Assembly (NCBI GenBank): GCA_017499595.2
Contig: CM038999.1
Span: 620,001-684,000 of the forward strand
Reading direction: 5' to 3'
Origin: Psilocybe cubensis
Taxonomy: Eukaryota
Length of the DNA: 64,000 nucleotides
The translations under genes were made by a program, and so were the position numbers. Position 1 is the stretch's first letter, and each line of letters begins with the position of its first letter. The notes under the pieces were generated by a model. It made no database searches. It was not told the origin of the DNA and was given only the letters and a program-made list of their open reading frames with translations. This document shows positions 10,615 through 23,720 of this stretch, piece after piece.

Positions 10615-12599
10615 GATGTCTACTATGTACTAAGTACTAATTGACATTGACTTTGGACAATGTAATCCCGCTTGCCATCACATCTCGCCCAAAGACACTG
10701 AACTCGCCAAAGACCAGACTGACGTCGCCACCAACTTGAGAACATCAGATCAAGAAGGGACCTCGCATGCAGAGTCAAATGTGGCTGAGGTTTTTGGCGA
10801 AGAGGACGTTTCGTCAAATCTGGAAGCTCGCCACAGCGAAGAACCCACCGATGGCAAGATGAAAGATGAGAATATCACAGCAACACTATCCACAAACAAT
10901 CTCAGTCTTGTCAAATTCATGCATTCAAATTTCCGCGAACCCCACCCTCACACCACACCTTCAACATACACCAATGATGATCTGGTTCGCCAGGTGGTTT
11001 CCAAACCCCAATCCTGTCATCCACTTTCCTTATTTCTCAAATAATCTTCTTCCTTTTCCCAGACGAGCACAGGAAGACGATGACGACGATAGGATAGAGT
11101 ATTAGACTCTTCAAACGATGAGTGTAAAACATGTAAATTCACCATAATACAACCTTTCTGTTGAATCTACAAAAATTCACTACTAACTATGAGAATTTTA
11201 CTTTCGGTCCGCTTCCCTTGTACCTGCAGTTTCTCGGTCTCTTTTGCAGCCAGATCGTCTGATGTAAGTGCCTTTTTGTTACTCTTAGCATTAGTGGTGG
11301 TGGTTTCCTTTCCATTTCCATTTTTCTTCTTAACTGAAGGCACGTCGACAGAATCGACGTTTGCCAAGTTCTTATCCTATTTCCAGTCGTTCGTCATTGG
11401 AATTTGAGAGGCTTCTGCATTGACTATTGCTTTCTCTTTAGATTGGGATGCCGCTTATCCTTCCCTGTAAGAGGCTAGAATCCATGAACAGTTAGTTGAT
11501 TACACTGCTGGAGGCCATTGATATACGCGAAATAAAAACGAATCAAATACATGTTTTGTATATTAACATCTCGTTTTGTTTTTGACTTTTTTGAGAAATA
11601 TGCTTCGGAAATCTACAATAGGACAACTTAAACATTAGTGATTTCATTCTTTTCAGTCCAGTCTTTGTCTTCAAGTTAGATGGAGCTATTACAATCTTAT
11701 AATATACTGGATGCTGCCCCTCCTAAACGACATGTCTGATAAATTCCAACGGAATTGATCACAAGGACTCGTATCTGCCGTGCGTAGCAACGGCTCACCT
11801 TACAAGTAGGGTTACAAGAGTTAGGTAGCGTTGCTAGATTTTCTTCGATAGCCAGCTAAGCTTTGAGAACGTACAAGGAGCGGAGAGAAACCAAATTTTC
11901 GAGGGTAAATTTCCACTACCGCTTTCACAGACTGCCCGACTACTTATATACTAGTTCTATTTACGAATTTTTATCTACCGGCTTCATGAACAAACAAAAC
12001 ACTGCTACCCGGTTGGTTGTAAGTTGAGTAACTCTTGTGTGATAGATACAAGGACGAGTGTGATAGGTAGATAGTGGAGGAAGATGAAATTGTGGAAAGG
12101 TATTGAGAATGAAAATGGACGATAAAACATTGGGATGGAAACGCCAGACAGGGGATGGGTGTGATTTGACTGACAAGCGCGCGGCGTGTTCTCACATGTT
12201 TGGCAGGGTCTGGGCGCCAAGGTGCTGGACTTCGTTGTTTTGTGAGTCTTGCATTCTGGGTGATTCATACAACTGCTAAGTCGTTGTTCCGCTCGCAGGA
12301 ATTTAGCGGTTCCTACAATAAGGTAGATGTTGTCATTGACCCATGCCCGATTTACATACGTGGCAACAAAAGTATACGTCATACAGAATTTACCCAGTGT
12401 CTCCCCTTCATCATGAATAAACATACATCAGTCAGTGTCAGATTATGGCTTCCAGTTTGAAATGGTTGCGTGTAATCGCAGCTGGTTGCGCTTGTCCAAT
12501 TGAATGTGTGTATTAATTTCCCTGAAAGATCTTTAAAGTTGTAATTTTAAACAAAATATCAAAAATACTCACCCAACACATACCTCAATACCAAAAGGT

Positions 12600-13967
12600 A
12601 CATTCATCACCCAATGCAATCCCAACCTACTATCAAACACAGTCTCCAACAGACCAACTGTAAATGTCGATCTCTCCTTTGTACCCGAGCCTTTCCGGCG
12701 ATGGCAATTCCCTCTGCCCACGGAAACTAAAAATAAATTCATTGAATGCGCCGCACTGCACGGTGACAGACAGGTGAGTTTAAAAAAAAGTAACACACAT
12801 CAGAATGATCAGATATATCGGATCCGAACAGCGATTGAACAGCGTCACAGTCAAATTGGCGCATACAAGAGGGATCGTAAAGTTGAACTTGAACTTTCCC
12901 TTGCCCCTCTATCATTCCCCAACAGACAATAAGCCCTCCCATATCTTCCAGAAATGCAAACAATTCAGAGCAAGACAGAGACAGGCCAAGTACAACAGTA
13001 CTATTCACCACTATGTACAACACACTAACAGTGCATGACATAGGGCGAGCGTCAGCTAAAAGCCATGCTTAACTCAGTATGCTTGAATAATGACCAAGCA
13101 GTCTCGGACATTGTCGTTAGTATTTCCAATACTATTCATGCACATTATCCTCATTGCTTCACAGAACGACATCATTAAAATTGGGCAGGATTGCTTAACA
13201 TTGGATTTGCCACCTTCTCTTCAAGTTGAACAACGGAAATTGTTTCGTCAAACGGTGGGCACGGACTATGTGTTTAATTTGCATGGACCTTTACTTACTA
13301 CAGTTTTTTTTTTTTTTTTCCTACAGGTATTAAAAGCATACCCCGATATTTTTAACCACTCACTGCAAAATGATCAAAGTGAAAGACTTGATCTTGTGGA
13401 GCAATACATAATTGAGAGACTTAAGATGGCGCGCTATAATGTACGGAAGCGTAAAGGGGTGAGTAAATAACGGCCCTTCATCCTTTTTTTACCAACTAAA
13501 GGTGTACCCAACCCCCAATTCATTGAAGATGCCCGGACCAGCCCGTAGTAAACTTACCCTTCCTGAAATAGTTCCGTTGGTTTCCACATCGGCGAGTTCC
13601 TCAGATTCACGATTAGAGGAGAACGTCAATGGTATGTATGGTAATTTCATCATCCCAACCAGAGTTAACAGTGAGACTTCCAGCCTCATCGTCAGCCAAT
13701 ACCGTATCCCGCCCACCGTCGCGTTATGACTCGAATGAAAATGATGCAATTGCATCCTTTCTCGACTCCTGTTCCCCTTCCATGATACACCTTTTGCAGG
13801 ACTTTCATGCCTTTGGGATTACAAAGCAAGAAATGATTTACGCTGTTTCTCGATGGACCCCCGACTATATACACGGCTTTTTGCACAGATTCGCCAATTT
13901 TTCCCAGACCAAGATGACAGAAATGGAAATCGAGTTATTACAAGCTCATTTCCTTCACTATTTCTAG
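12600..13967 (+). CDS. Hypothetical multi-exon protein with a C-terminal SAM-like helical domain (start unresolved)
   Basis: Terminal exon AIASFLDSCSPSMIHLLQDFHAFGITKQEMIYAVSRW...TEMEIELLQAHFLHYF resembles a SAM-like module common in Agaricomycete lineage-specific proteins; several GT-AG introns upstream. Confidence 0.5.
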
Positions 13968-14693
13968 GGTAAGACCACTTTTCGACTTTCCGAGCATATG
14001 CGAACCGAGCAGGGTCAGGCGAACTTGGTGCCTCTCTTTCTCTTACCCAGATTACACGTCTTGTATTTCTTACCGGTCCTACATTTTCTTGAATCAACCA
14101 TGTTTCGCTTGACAATATCTCTTGTATTATCGGTAATTTACGTAGGCTATGTAACTTACTTAGCTTCTGATTTTGGTTCTTTGCTTTATAAATTCAGCCT
14201 GTCTTCTGTTTATCCTTTACTTGTTCAGAATAGTATTCCTTCTCTCTCTCTTTCTACCATCATCTCGAGTTTCTGTTGCTTGTACGTATACTCTACAACA
14301 TCCCTCTGATACACAGAAATTTACAATTCCATCGAGTGTGTTAGTCTTTTCCAGTGTAACAGTGTGCTGTATGGTAAGACACAAGGAAAGGCCGTACTGT
14401 GGTCAGTGGTGCATGTCGATCCGTCGAATAGATGTGTGTATGGTCACACCTCAGCGGGTCCGGAGTATGTGTATCTGGTGTGCACAGGCTACAGCTCAGC
14501 GGACCTGGGGAACTGAGCGTCTGGTTTTCGTATTCAGCGGACCCAGGTTTTTCGCCCCGGTGTAAGCTAGTACGCCCATAATGGGGCGAAATGCAGCGAG
14601 CACAAAAAAAAAAAAATTAAATACTCTGTACTCTAATACTTCTATTCTATTCTGTCTAATGTTACAGAGGGCAAGAGATAGTTTGGTTAGGGC

Positions 14694-17195
14694 TTATTTT
14701 TGACGTCTTTGCCTCTTGGAAGGGAGCCCATTCAGATGGTTACTACTGCCCAATGAAAGACTTTGATCTTCATGAATATTGCTCGAGGCTGGTGGACGAG
14801 ACATGACGTTTGAGGTACCTTGCAGTGCTGTGTTAGCACTATTATCCGTCGTTTGAGCGAGCCGTGTAATACCTTGAAACAACGCCCCCAGCTCATTTGG
14901 CGAAGCATTATGGCGAGGTGAATGGTTATTGGGTTGGTTAGTATTTTGCCAAAGTGCTGCAATGTCATTTGGGGACTGTGCAACGTAGGCACTAGGGCTC
15001 TCCGACAGCTCTGAGGCAGGTTTTAAGTCCCTGAAAAGCTCTCCTAATTCGTCCGGTGATGAAATATAACAGTTTGGATGATACGTGGGTGGTGTATCTT
15101 CTGGAAACCCTGAACGTTTATTGGGGGTCTGGGCCTCTGACCTCTTCAAAGGCTCTGGATTAGGTAGGATGTCCATAAAGAGTTCGCTTAATTCATCCGT
15201 CGAAGCAATGTGGCGAGATGGGTAGCATTTAGGCGTCGAATCCTCGCGCATTGTTGTACACTCTTGCGGAGACTGAGTTCCAGTATACTCGACATTTGAA
15301 AATGGACCTGAAGGTGGAAGAATACCCCTGAAAAGATTTCCTAACTCATCTGGTGAAGGATTAAGGTGAGGCGCATAGATTTCCGGTGAGGATTGGCGAA
15401 TTACGTCGACTTGGGGTGTGATTTCCTTGTACAATGTTGCAGGCACATTAGAAGGCCGCGTTCCATTAATATCAAGATTGGGGTACAGGCCTGCAGGTGG
15501 TAGAATGTCCCTGAAAAGATCTCCTAAATCATCTGGTGAAGGATTAAGGCGAAGTGCGCAGATTTCCGGCGAGGATTGGCGATCTACGTTAATTTGGAGC
15601 GTTACATCCTCGTCCCGCGTTGAACGTACATCAGAAGGTCGCGTTGCAGTAATATCAGGATCGATAGAGAGGCCTGAGGGCGGTAAAATATCATTGAAAA
15701 GTTCTCCTAAATCATCTGCCGAAGGGTTCAGGCGAAGTGTTTTGATTTCCGGCGAGGATTGGCGATCTATGCCGAATTGGGGTGTTATTTCCTCGTATAA
15801 TGTCGCGAGCACATTAGGAGACTGTATCCCCAGTATCTCCATATCAAATGATCTGCCTGGAGTTGAAGGGATGTCCCTGAAAAGATCTCCTAATTCATCT
15901 GCCAAAGGAATACGGATGGGTGGGTGGAATTCGGGCGAGTAACTTTGGATAGGTTCTTGGATATGGGGCTTTATATCCTCGTACAACTCTGCCATTTCAT
16001 CGCGGGACCGTGCGCTAGCAAAACCTGGTGATAGTGACGCTTGCATAGAAAGATCGCCCATTTCTTCTGGCGAACCACACGAGATATCAGGACCAGAATG
16101 GGGCGGTACAGTTTCTACAGGCACGGTGCCTTGATCGGTTTGGATTGATTCTGAGCGGTACAGCAGTGCAGGGGACGGAAGCGGGGAGAGACTGTAATCA
16201 TCATCCAATTCTGACGGTTTCCAGTCTTTCGAACGGTGTTTTGAATCCCGAACCAAAGGCGGGTCATTGCATGACGTCGCACGTTGAAATGCCGGTGTTG
16301 ATATCCTATTCTTAGGTGTTTCGGTATCAACGCCGCTGGAACGCTATTCCTCTGCAGAAACACGCACCTATCAACATAGTCAACACCTCCAATCTCCGTA
16401 ATATTGTTACCCATCTCGGTAATGCCCATTTTCCAATGGTCCCTATTCATCCCTTCGGCCTTCGAAGCGTCATGCAGATTCCAGTATTCCTCTGCCTTTC
16501 TGAAAATGACACTCTGATGGCTCGTTTGAGCTTCAGTCATTACCATAATTGTTCGCCGAGCGTTCTGAAGTGGTTCAAAGAGCATTCGCTCTCCTGGTGT
16601 CATGGCAAACGAGGATGGAGTGATATCGCTACCAAGAGACTCAATAAAACGATGTTTATTTTCTATTCCTATTAGTTTCCTGTGGTGTGATAAACACTCG
16701 CCGATTGAACCATCGTCTATGACAGATCGCCAACTTGGCCTGAATTCTTCCCACCACGGTCTTTTGTAGCTCGCTACTACTTCCCCACGGTCTTCATCGC
16801 GTGTTATGTTAAGCGCTTGCACGAACTCGACGTTGAATTGCATGGGTAGATCCTCTGGAGCAATTCTCCCTAAAGAAAATGCCAACGAACGCAGCGTAAA
16901 TGGTACATCAACAACTTGTCCCATTGATGTGATCAAGCCCACGTAAGTCAAAAAGTAATGCTGTAAAACCATTAGTAAAAGGTATCCCATTAATTGAGTT
17001 ACTAACCAGTTCTTTTCGTAGGCATTTTTGGAATGGAGCTTGATCTTCCATCGGTTTTTTTAAAATCTCGTCCACCGCTCGCTTTAATCGTGATTCCCCA
17101 TAGTAGACGAGCTCTTGTATGTGTTTGCGGTACTGCTTTGCCGATTCAGATGCAAAACCATGTAGATCGAAAGGATCGATTGAAGAAAACGTCAT
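14694..17195 (-). CDS. Hypothetical 3-exon protein with a globular N-terminus and 61-aa tandem repeats
   Basis: Introns 17006-16961 (46 nt, GTTAGT..ACTAAT..CAG) and 16367-16306 (62 nt, GTGCGT..TAG) join three ORFs in frame; repeated SPD(D/E)LG(D/E/N)LFRDILP motif. Confidence 0.75.
15000..15960 (-). repeat. 183-bp coding tandem repeat (4 regular units plus degenerate ones)
   Basis: TGAAAAG anchor recurs at 15329, 15512, 15695 and 15878; looser copies lie toward 15030. Confidence 0.9.
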
Positions 17196-18495
17196 GGACG
17201 GTCACCGCAGATGTGTTGGACTTTTTCAAGATTCATGATTCAATTTTTTTTACGCTGAACCATATCTATTTTTAGATTAACCCCTTTTTATAGCCAGGCT
17301 TGGTAATACGAAATAGGTAATCTGTTCGCCTCGCCAAGTCACCCCACATGGCTGCTTGGCGATTGGCATAGGCTGCTCGCCCCTTTTGTACCACGTCATT
17401 AGCAGAGGCATCACCAGCCATTGCCGCTACTGCACTGTTCATCCACTATTTCTCCTTTCGTAGGAAATATCTCATCGTTCAGTCCATTTCGTACCCAAGA
17501 AGCATAGCCTCTTCTCGCCATCTGTGGAACTGTGCTCTGGCACGTAGCCAATGGACCCGTTTGACTTGGTGTGACGTTCCGGTCTGTTTCCCACACCCCG
17601 ATAATCCTCTTTTTTATCTTATCTTTAATTTTCGTTTCTGTGGACTTCACCTTTGCTCCGTCCACCCGATACACGCACCCCGTTAGCTCATTTTCTTCAT
17701 TCTATGTTCCTAATCCTTCATTCTATTCCCCTTGAAACTGACTTATACTCCACCTTCATGTGTTTCCCAATTAATCCTCTTTTATCTTTTTCTTTGTCTA
17801 CTTCTTTTGGACACCTTATCCTTTACAGTATAAATACAGCTATGTAGTAGCTACAGAAAAGCATCGAATACAGAGTACTTTAACCTGTCTATTCGACCTC
17901 TAAGCTTCCTTTCGAAACCTTTTCCGTGTGCCGCTACGGAACTGCTATTACTCTCCGAGCCACAGTTGTCACTAGCGTCACACTTGGAACAAGGTAAGTA
18001 AAAATATCACTTATATTAAGGGATGGATTACGAACATTCTATCAGTGTTTCTGGATCTGTATCCTCCAGGTTAAAAGGTCCATTATCAGGATCGCCAATT
18101 CTTATTTCGCCGTTCTCCGCCACAATGTTGGGCCCATGCCTAGAAACCCTGAAAGACTTCTCCGTATTTGCGGCGAGTAGTGGCATGGAGAACGGACATG
18201 TTCTGGCGTGTGAGCCTTTGCCGAATCTCAGCGAAATGAATTGCAGGTCACCTCAGGTTGGAGAGGGTGATGCAATTCAGGCGAGCATTGCTATGGCAAA
18301 CGTCGGTCGCGGGACTTGGCGAGGGTGATGCGATGCAGGCGAGCATGCCTTTGACGAATGTTAACACCTATGACGACGCAACATGTAAGGAGTGCCTGGA
18401 TGAGCAGTGTCCTAACGTCATTCTGCGTTTATTTATATCTCCGAGTCCGATGTATTGCCATGCCTGAAAAAATGCAGACCGTAGGCATTGCGTAC

Positions 18496-20688
18496 TAGGG
18501 CAATGGTGGTGTAGTAAAGAGGGAACACAACTCCAACAGACAAGTACAAATAACCAGCGCGACCAGATAGGAAGCGGGAGGTCCAGCACCAAACAAGGAA
18601 GTAAAGGCAGGATCCCAGGATATTCCATGGCAGTTCAGCCAGAATTTGGGCAATGATGTGGGCGGTCCAGCTGTACATTCCGCTTGGGTGCTTCCTGACC
18701 TCGTAGATAGTACGGGTAGCGACGAAGGGAACTTGCAACATGTTCACCAACGGTTGACTGTAGAAATATTGGTCAGTTTCGTGAACTCAACAAAGTAATT
18801 GAAACCAACTTCAAGACGAGAAGCATGTAAACAGTCTAGTAAAAGGAGGTTATGAGATCGAAGATCAAATCCTAAAACGAACAAGACTTACACATATACA
18901 ATTCTGAACGTTTTGTATACTGTCCTGGTTCTTGAGAAAGACAGACCAATGAAGAAGCCACCAGCAACATTGAGGATGAGCTTGGCGATGCGGTAATGGT
19001 CAGCAGCTCCTTGTTTAAATGACAAGTTCGATGACCTGGTTGCGCCATGGGGTGGGGTATTCAATCCTGAGATCAGTTTCAACAGCAGGTTGACTTCGTC
19101 CAATTGTATGGATCTCCTGGATTTCCTGCTCAGTCCTGACTGCCCCGGGGAGCGTTTCCAAACTTCGTGCCAGTTGATGCTGCTGAAGGCAGTCACTCCG
19201 GCACCAATAACGTCCAACATATATTCGGCACTAGAAATTAGACGGAGATAGATCAGGATAAGGCATCAGTGTAACGGTTAAAAATAACGCACGGATTTTC
19301 TTCAGGAAGACATGGGCAAGCACCGTTGGAGTCGAAGTAGTGCAGCAAAGTTTCAGCATTGTGTCCAAGGTCACCGAAGTAGACTGTTTAGCCACCCTTC
19401 TCCTCAACAAAAGGAAGCGATCGAAGACCTGGTAAATTTTGGTCAGTCAAGGTACAATAAAATTGTGTCAAACGACGTACATGGAACAATTCAGCGAAAG
19501 GTTTTTTGACAAAAAAAAAATCATTAAGATGGCAAAGAGGTACATCACCGCAGAAGCTCACTTGATGAATCCTAATGAATAAGACAGATCAGTATATAAA
19601 TAATTGATAATAGCTGCTTACCTACGTGCATAGGATAGCCTGGCTTTGTTCGGCCAAGCTTCGCAAGAAGGCAACAATGTTCCAGGCACTCTGAGAGTCA
19701 AGACCAGATGTGGGCTCGTCAAGGAAAAGCAAATTCTGGGCTATCATAGAATAATTAAGATGCATGTCGACACGGGAGCTTCATAAACACGCATAGCGTG
19801 TACGAGAACCGCAAGCTCTAAATTTCACATTTGCTGTCAAAACTCCGGTGCGTGATCACCATCACAGACCCATACTGCCTCGGAGCTATCCATTGGCGTT
19901 CCTCCATTGCCTTCTTCAGCGCCGTGAATTAGCAGGACATTGGCATATTTTGAGTGTTTTTCTCCTCTACAACAGTTTTGACGGGCCAAAATAACCAAAT
20001 CTACGCGTATAGGGTCCTACGTAGTCAGGTTAAACCATTTTTTGACCAAATTATGTATGGTCCTGATATCATTGACGCAAACGTCTGGAGATCTGAACAT
20101 GTAGTCAAGTCGACGCTTCACCGAGAGTGAGTAATTCTGTGTTAAACCAACTGCCGTCAGTGTTAGACAATGTATTGTCTATATACTAGCTTGAATAACA
20201 TACATTTTTTTGCATCTATATACAATAATGTGAATGAGACTCCAACTTAAATTATCCACCGGGGCGGTGTCAAGTCAACTCGTCGAGCTGTAAACGACGA
20301 AATTCAGCTTCATAAAACTCTGGCAAGTCAGAAATGCGTCCGTTTCAACGATTTAGCAATGCAATGGTGCTCTAGGGAGTCTTTATATTCCTAGAAGCTG
20401 GGATTTTGCAATTTATTCCACAGATTTCAAAGGTAGAAACGACTTAACAAGGTCTCCATACTGGGAAACCGATAGCTCGGAGGCAGTATGAATTTGTGAT
20501 GGTGATTACGCACCTGAGTTCTGACAAGCGAATTCGAGATTTAGAGCTTGCGGTTCTCGAACACCGTAATAGCACCTTCACCGCGAGTTCGGCACCGATG
20601 GTGGTTCGTTTCCTTAGTTCCACGCCAAGGGATCCGACAATAGCGTTCCTTTCATTCCAAAGGCCATACAAGTGAAGGCATTGATCGA
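18496..20688 (-). pseudogene. Internal fragment of a PDR-type (ABCG) ABC transporter, NBD2 to part of TMD2, frameshifted
   Basis: [87 protein letters not shown]; frameshifts and deletions; introns retained. Confidence 0.9.
19796..20566. mobile_element. Tc1/mariner-type MITE in an intron of the ABC fragment
   Basis: Imperfect TIRs of ~95 bp (gtgtacgagaaccgcaagctctaaat... / ...atttagagcttgcggttctcgaacac), TA on both sides; removal restores a ~62-nt GT-AG intron. Confidence 0.85.
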
Positions 20689-21760
20689 CACTTTATAATG
20701 CAATTTAACAATTGAAGTGAGTAGAGTAAAAAGGGACTTGACCGAAAGATAAAGCGTTTAACTCAAATTGAATTATTTCAAAGTTCTAGTCATAACATCC
20801 TTAATTAAGAGTGGGTAGCCTTTGCTTTACAGCAAGGCCATAGGTCCTGGGAACGCATCAAACCGAACATGTCTGCTGATGTAAGTGGGTGATTTTCGAG
20901 GCTCCTCGTGACTTGAGTAATTCACGGAATGTCTAGCTATTTTTCTGTAGTCATGCCATCCTACGACTATAAAATGTAAATCAGTAAACCATTGCTATGG
21001 AACGAGGGGACTTTTACATACCATTTGACCCACTTATCAAAACTTATAGCCGGACATAGATAGCTTCATTTACGAACATATATTATGTATACACGGATTA
21101 GTACACTGAACAGTCTCGGAGAACTCTTTGATTGGTGTCATGTTAGATTAATATTCAACACTTATGCAATATCTATCCACTCTACGACTTTACCCGATTG
21201 TTAATGGTATTTCTATGTTCGTCCACAGGATAACCACAGCAACATTTAGAACTCTGTAATTAGAAGGAGTCTAATCCTCACAACATATACACATTACATT
21301 ATTGAGAACTAATTAGTCATATGAAACACGACGCAAATATTCTATGCGAATGACAACAGAATCTATTGTAAATGACGGACTAATATAAAACAGAGTACTT
21401 TAACGCCAACCAACTTGAAAGCAACACCGCTCGTTTCCACTTGTGACAGCTAAACAATGTTCACCCCAATCGAAGAAACTTTTGCAAAAGATCAAAGGAA
21501 CACCAATAACTTGATTACGTTTGAAACGTATCCATTCCCTTCAAAGCTAATAGAAATTGCTTAGTAAGTTCGAGCTTTACAAATTACGGATTGACTGAAA
21601 ACTTCGAAATCGTCTAGCCCTCTAGATACAAGAGGCTTTATAGTACCGCCTACCTTATTAAAGGCTTACTCTAAGAGCCATGAAAAATTTCTAATGCCTA
21701 AATGCTTCCATGGAATGGAAACGAGTATCATCGTCTTTAAAAAGTCAATGCTGATCGAGT

Positions 21761-21890
21761 ATACCTCCTCAAAAAACTCCTACTACTAGTGTCATCTTAA
21801 TTTCGCCAGTGCCGAGAGGTTATAGGTTGATTATTGGTCCAGGTGGTCAAGAGTACTTGGTGCCTTGCCATCTGGTTGAAGACATAAATC

Positions 21891-21936
<46 letters not shown>

Positions 21937-22157
21937 TTTTTTGAATCCTATGAACATAAAAAAAGGATGGGTTTAGAAAGAACAATGGCATCGGTACTAT
22001 ATGCTCATCTTGTCCTGTGTCTATTGTACTGACTTTCGCATTTGAAAAGGAAGAAAACACATATGGAGACCGCCGCATCCCATAAAGGAGGTACATTTAC
22101 TTTTCCCACCAAACCTTCTGTAAGCATCCGCTTTTCTATACAATTTTTAAAATTGGA
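21761..22157 (-). repeat. Inverted repeat, copy 2 (partner 7516-7881), with an expanded poly-T tract
   Basis: Reverse-complement match to 7516-7881. Confidence 0.95.
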
Positions 22158-23128
22158 TGGCGTAGAATCAGGAGCCATGTATTCCATGGGTAGCAGAACG
22201 TGTAACGTATTTGTAAGAGACGCAAGAGAGCTTGCCCTGTTCGGTAGCAAGTCACTGTCGTGAGTTATCAACTCACGATTTCCATAAACAGTGAAGATGT
22301 ACATATTTAGCAATGTGTGTTTATGACTCGAAGGATTCGTTGTCGATCGTTTTACTTGTAGTGGAAATAATCACAGGGTTACATCTTATCTCGTGAATTA
22401 TCGGTCGTGCTGACTGTCATATATCTGTCATCGAACCTGTTAAGCATAATCATCATGACTAATGACTGATCCTGGATGATCCTTCTTCTCCGGGTAATTG
22501 GATGAACAATTTCTGTGTGTCGTTCTTGTCGACCCTATATGATGCTATTTTCTCGAACCATTTCAGTTATAAAGGTTCGTGGTTCAATTTATCGTTCATC
22601 TAATCATGTCAGACCCTGATATGTGTAGAAAAGGTATCCCTGTCGATACCGATAAAGGATACAGCGCGTCGACCTTTCACCGCATTGGTCAGTTCCAACG
22701 TCTTCTGCATCCTGTTATAAATGGAATCAGTTGTAGAGGTGTAGTATTTCTATTGAATAAACATTTAACATTCTGCTAATTTTTATTTTATTTATGTATC
22801 AGCCTCTATGATGAGTGGTACCTACCATCTTTTTGACAAAACAATAGCAAGTGTTAGCACACTCTTTTTATAACTGTTGATGGTTTTATCACAAAGCAAA
22901 ATAATGAGAAGACTGGTCTATTTCTCATAAGTTTACTTCGCTTTTTTAAAGCCTTTTTCATTAGATAATACCCTTCTTTCTCATTATCTTTAGGGCGCTT
23001 TTTCATTACCTTTTGATTAGATACTAGCCTGGTTATTTGATAAGATTGTTCTACATCAATATATCTTATCTTTGCTTGGTCATTTCTGATGCCATGCCAT
23101 CAAATCAGGAACACTGTGGGTACTTCTA

Positions 23129-23720
23129 AGATTGGGCTCATCAGAAACCAGCACCCTTACGTAATCAATGGGCTTGGCGCCAAGAGCGGCCAAAATCCAG
23201 CTCGAAAAAAAAATCAAAAGTTATGTTGACGGAAAATGGTTTCAGACAAAAAGTTTAAAAAAAAAAAATTCATAAATGTGCATATACAATCCTTACTACT
23301 AGCCTTTATGCCCACAATAATAGAATTACACCTCAGAGGTCAAATTGTAGTCTCTGGAAGTCCATAATGAGTCTGAGAGGTATTACTTAGGCGTGACTTA
23401 TTGTCACGTGTGGTCACGTGTACCATTATATAAGCGGCCAAAAGAACATTGTCAAATTTTCGAAAATCTCCCAAACTCGAGAAAACACCATTTCTGACGT
23501 GTTAGACTAAAAAAAAAGGAAAAAAATTAAAATCTTTATAACTTCTTGAGATCAAAATTTTTTTGAAAAAAAAAACCACAGATGTGTTCAAAGAAGCATA
23601 ACCTACATATCTGTGGTTCAAAAATGTAGAATAGTGTGAGTGCAGAAGGGTTGAAAAGGTTCGGAGGTAAGCCAACTTTTGCTTACCTAAGGGGGTGCTG
23701 GTTCCTGATGAGCCCAATCT
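23129..23720. mobile_element. Tc1/mariner-type MITE nested in the left TIR
   Basis: 28-bp TIR agattgggctcatcagaaaccagcaccc / gggtgctggttcctgatgagcccaatct; TA duplication confirmed against the empty site in the right arm. Confidence 0.92.

Noticed and set aside
10540..10625. tRNA, hammerhead or snoRNA reading of the 75-bp unit
   Set aside because: No B-box or T-arm, no CUGANGA/GAAA core, no complete C/D or H/ACA architecture
16115..17195. Apparent double frameshift or programmed frameshifting
   Set aside because: Explained by two canonical introns of 46 and 62 nt
17860..18470. Plus-strand gene-like fragment with a 57-bp duplication near 18261-18362
   Set aside because: Stops and frame breaks, no recognisable product
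20836..20860. GGCCATAGG...GCATC resemblance to the 5S rRNA 5' end
   Set aside because: The similarity does not continue and the internal control boxes are absent
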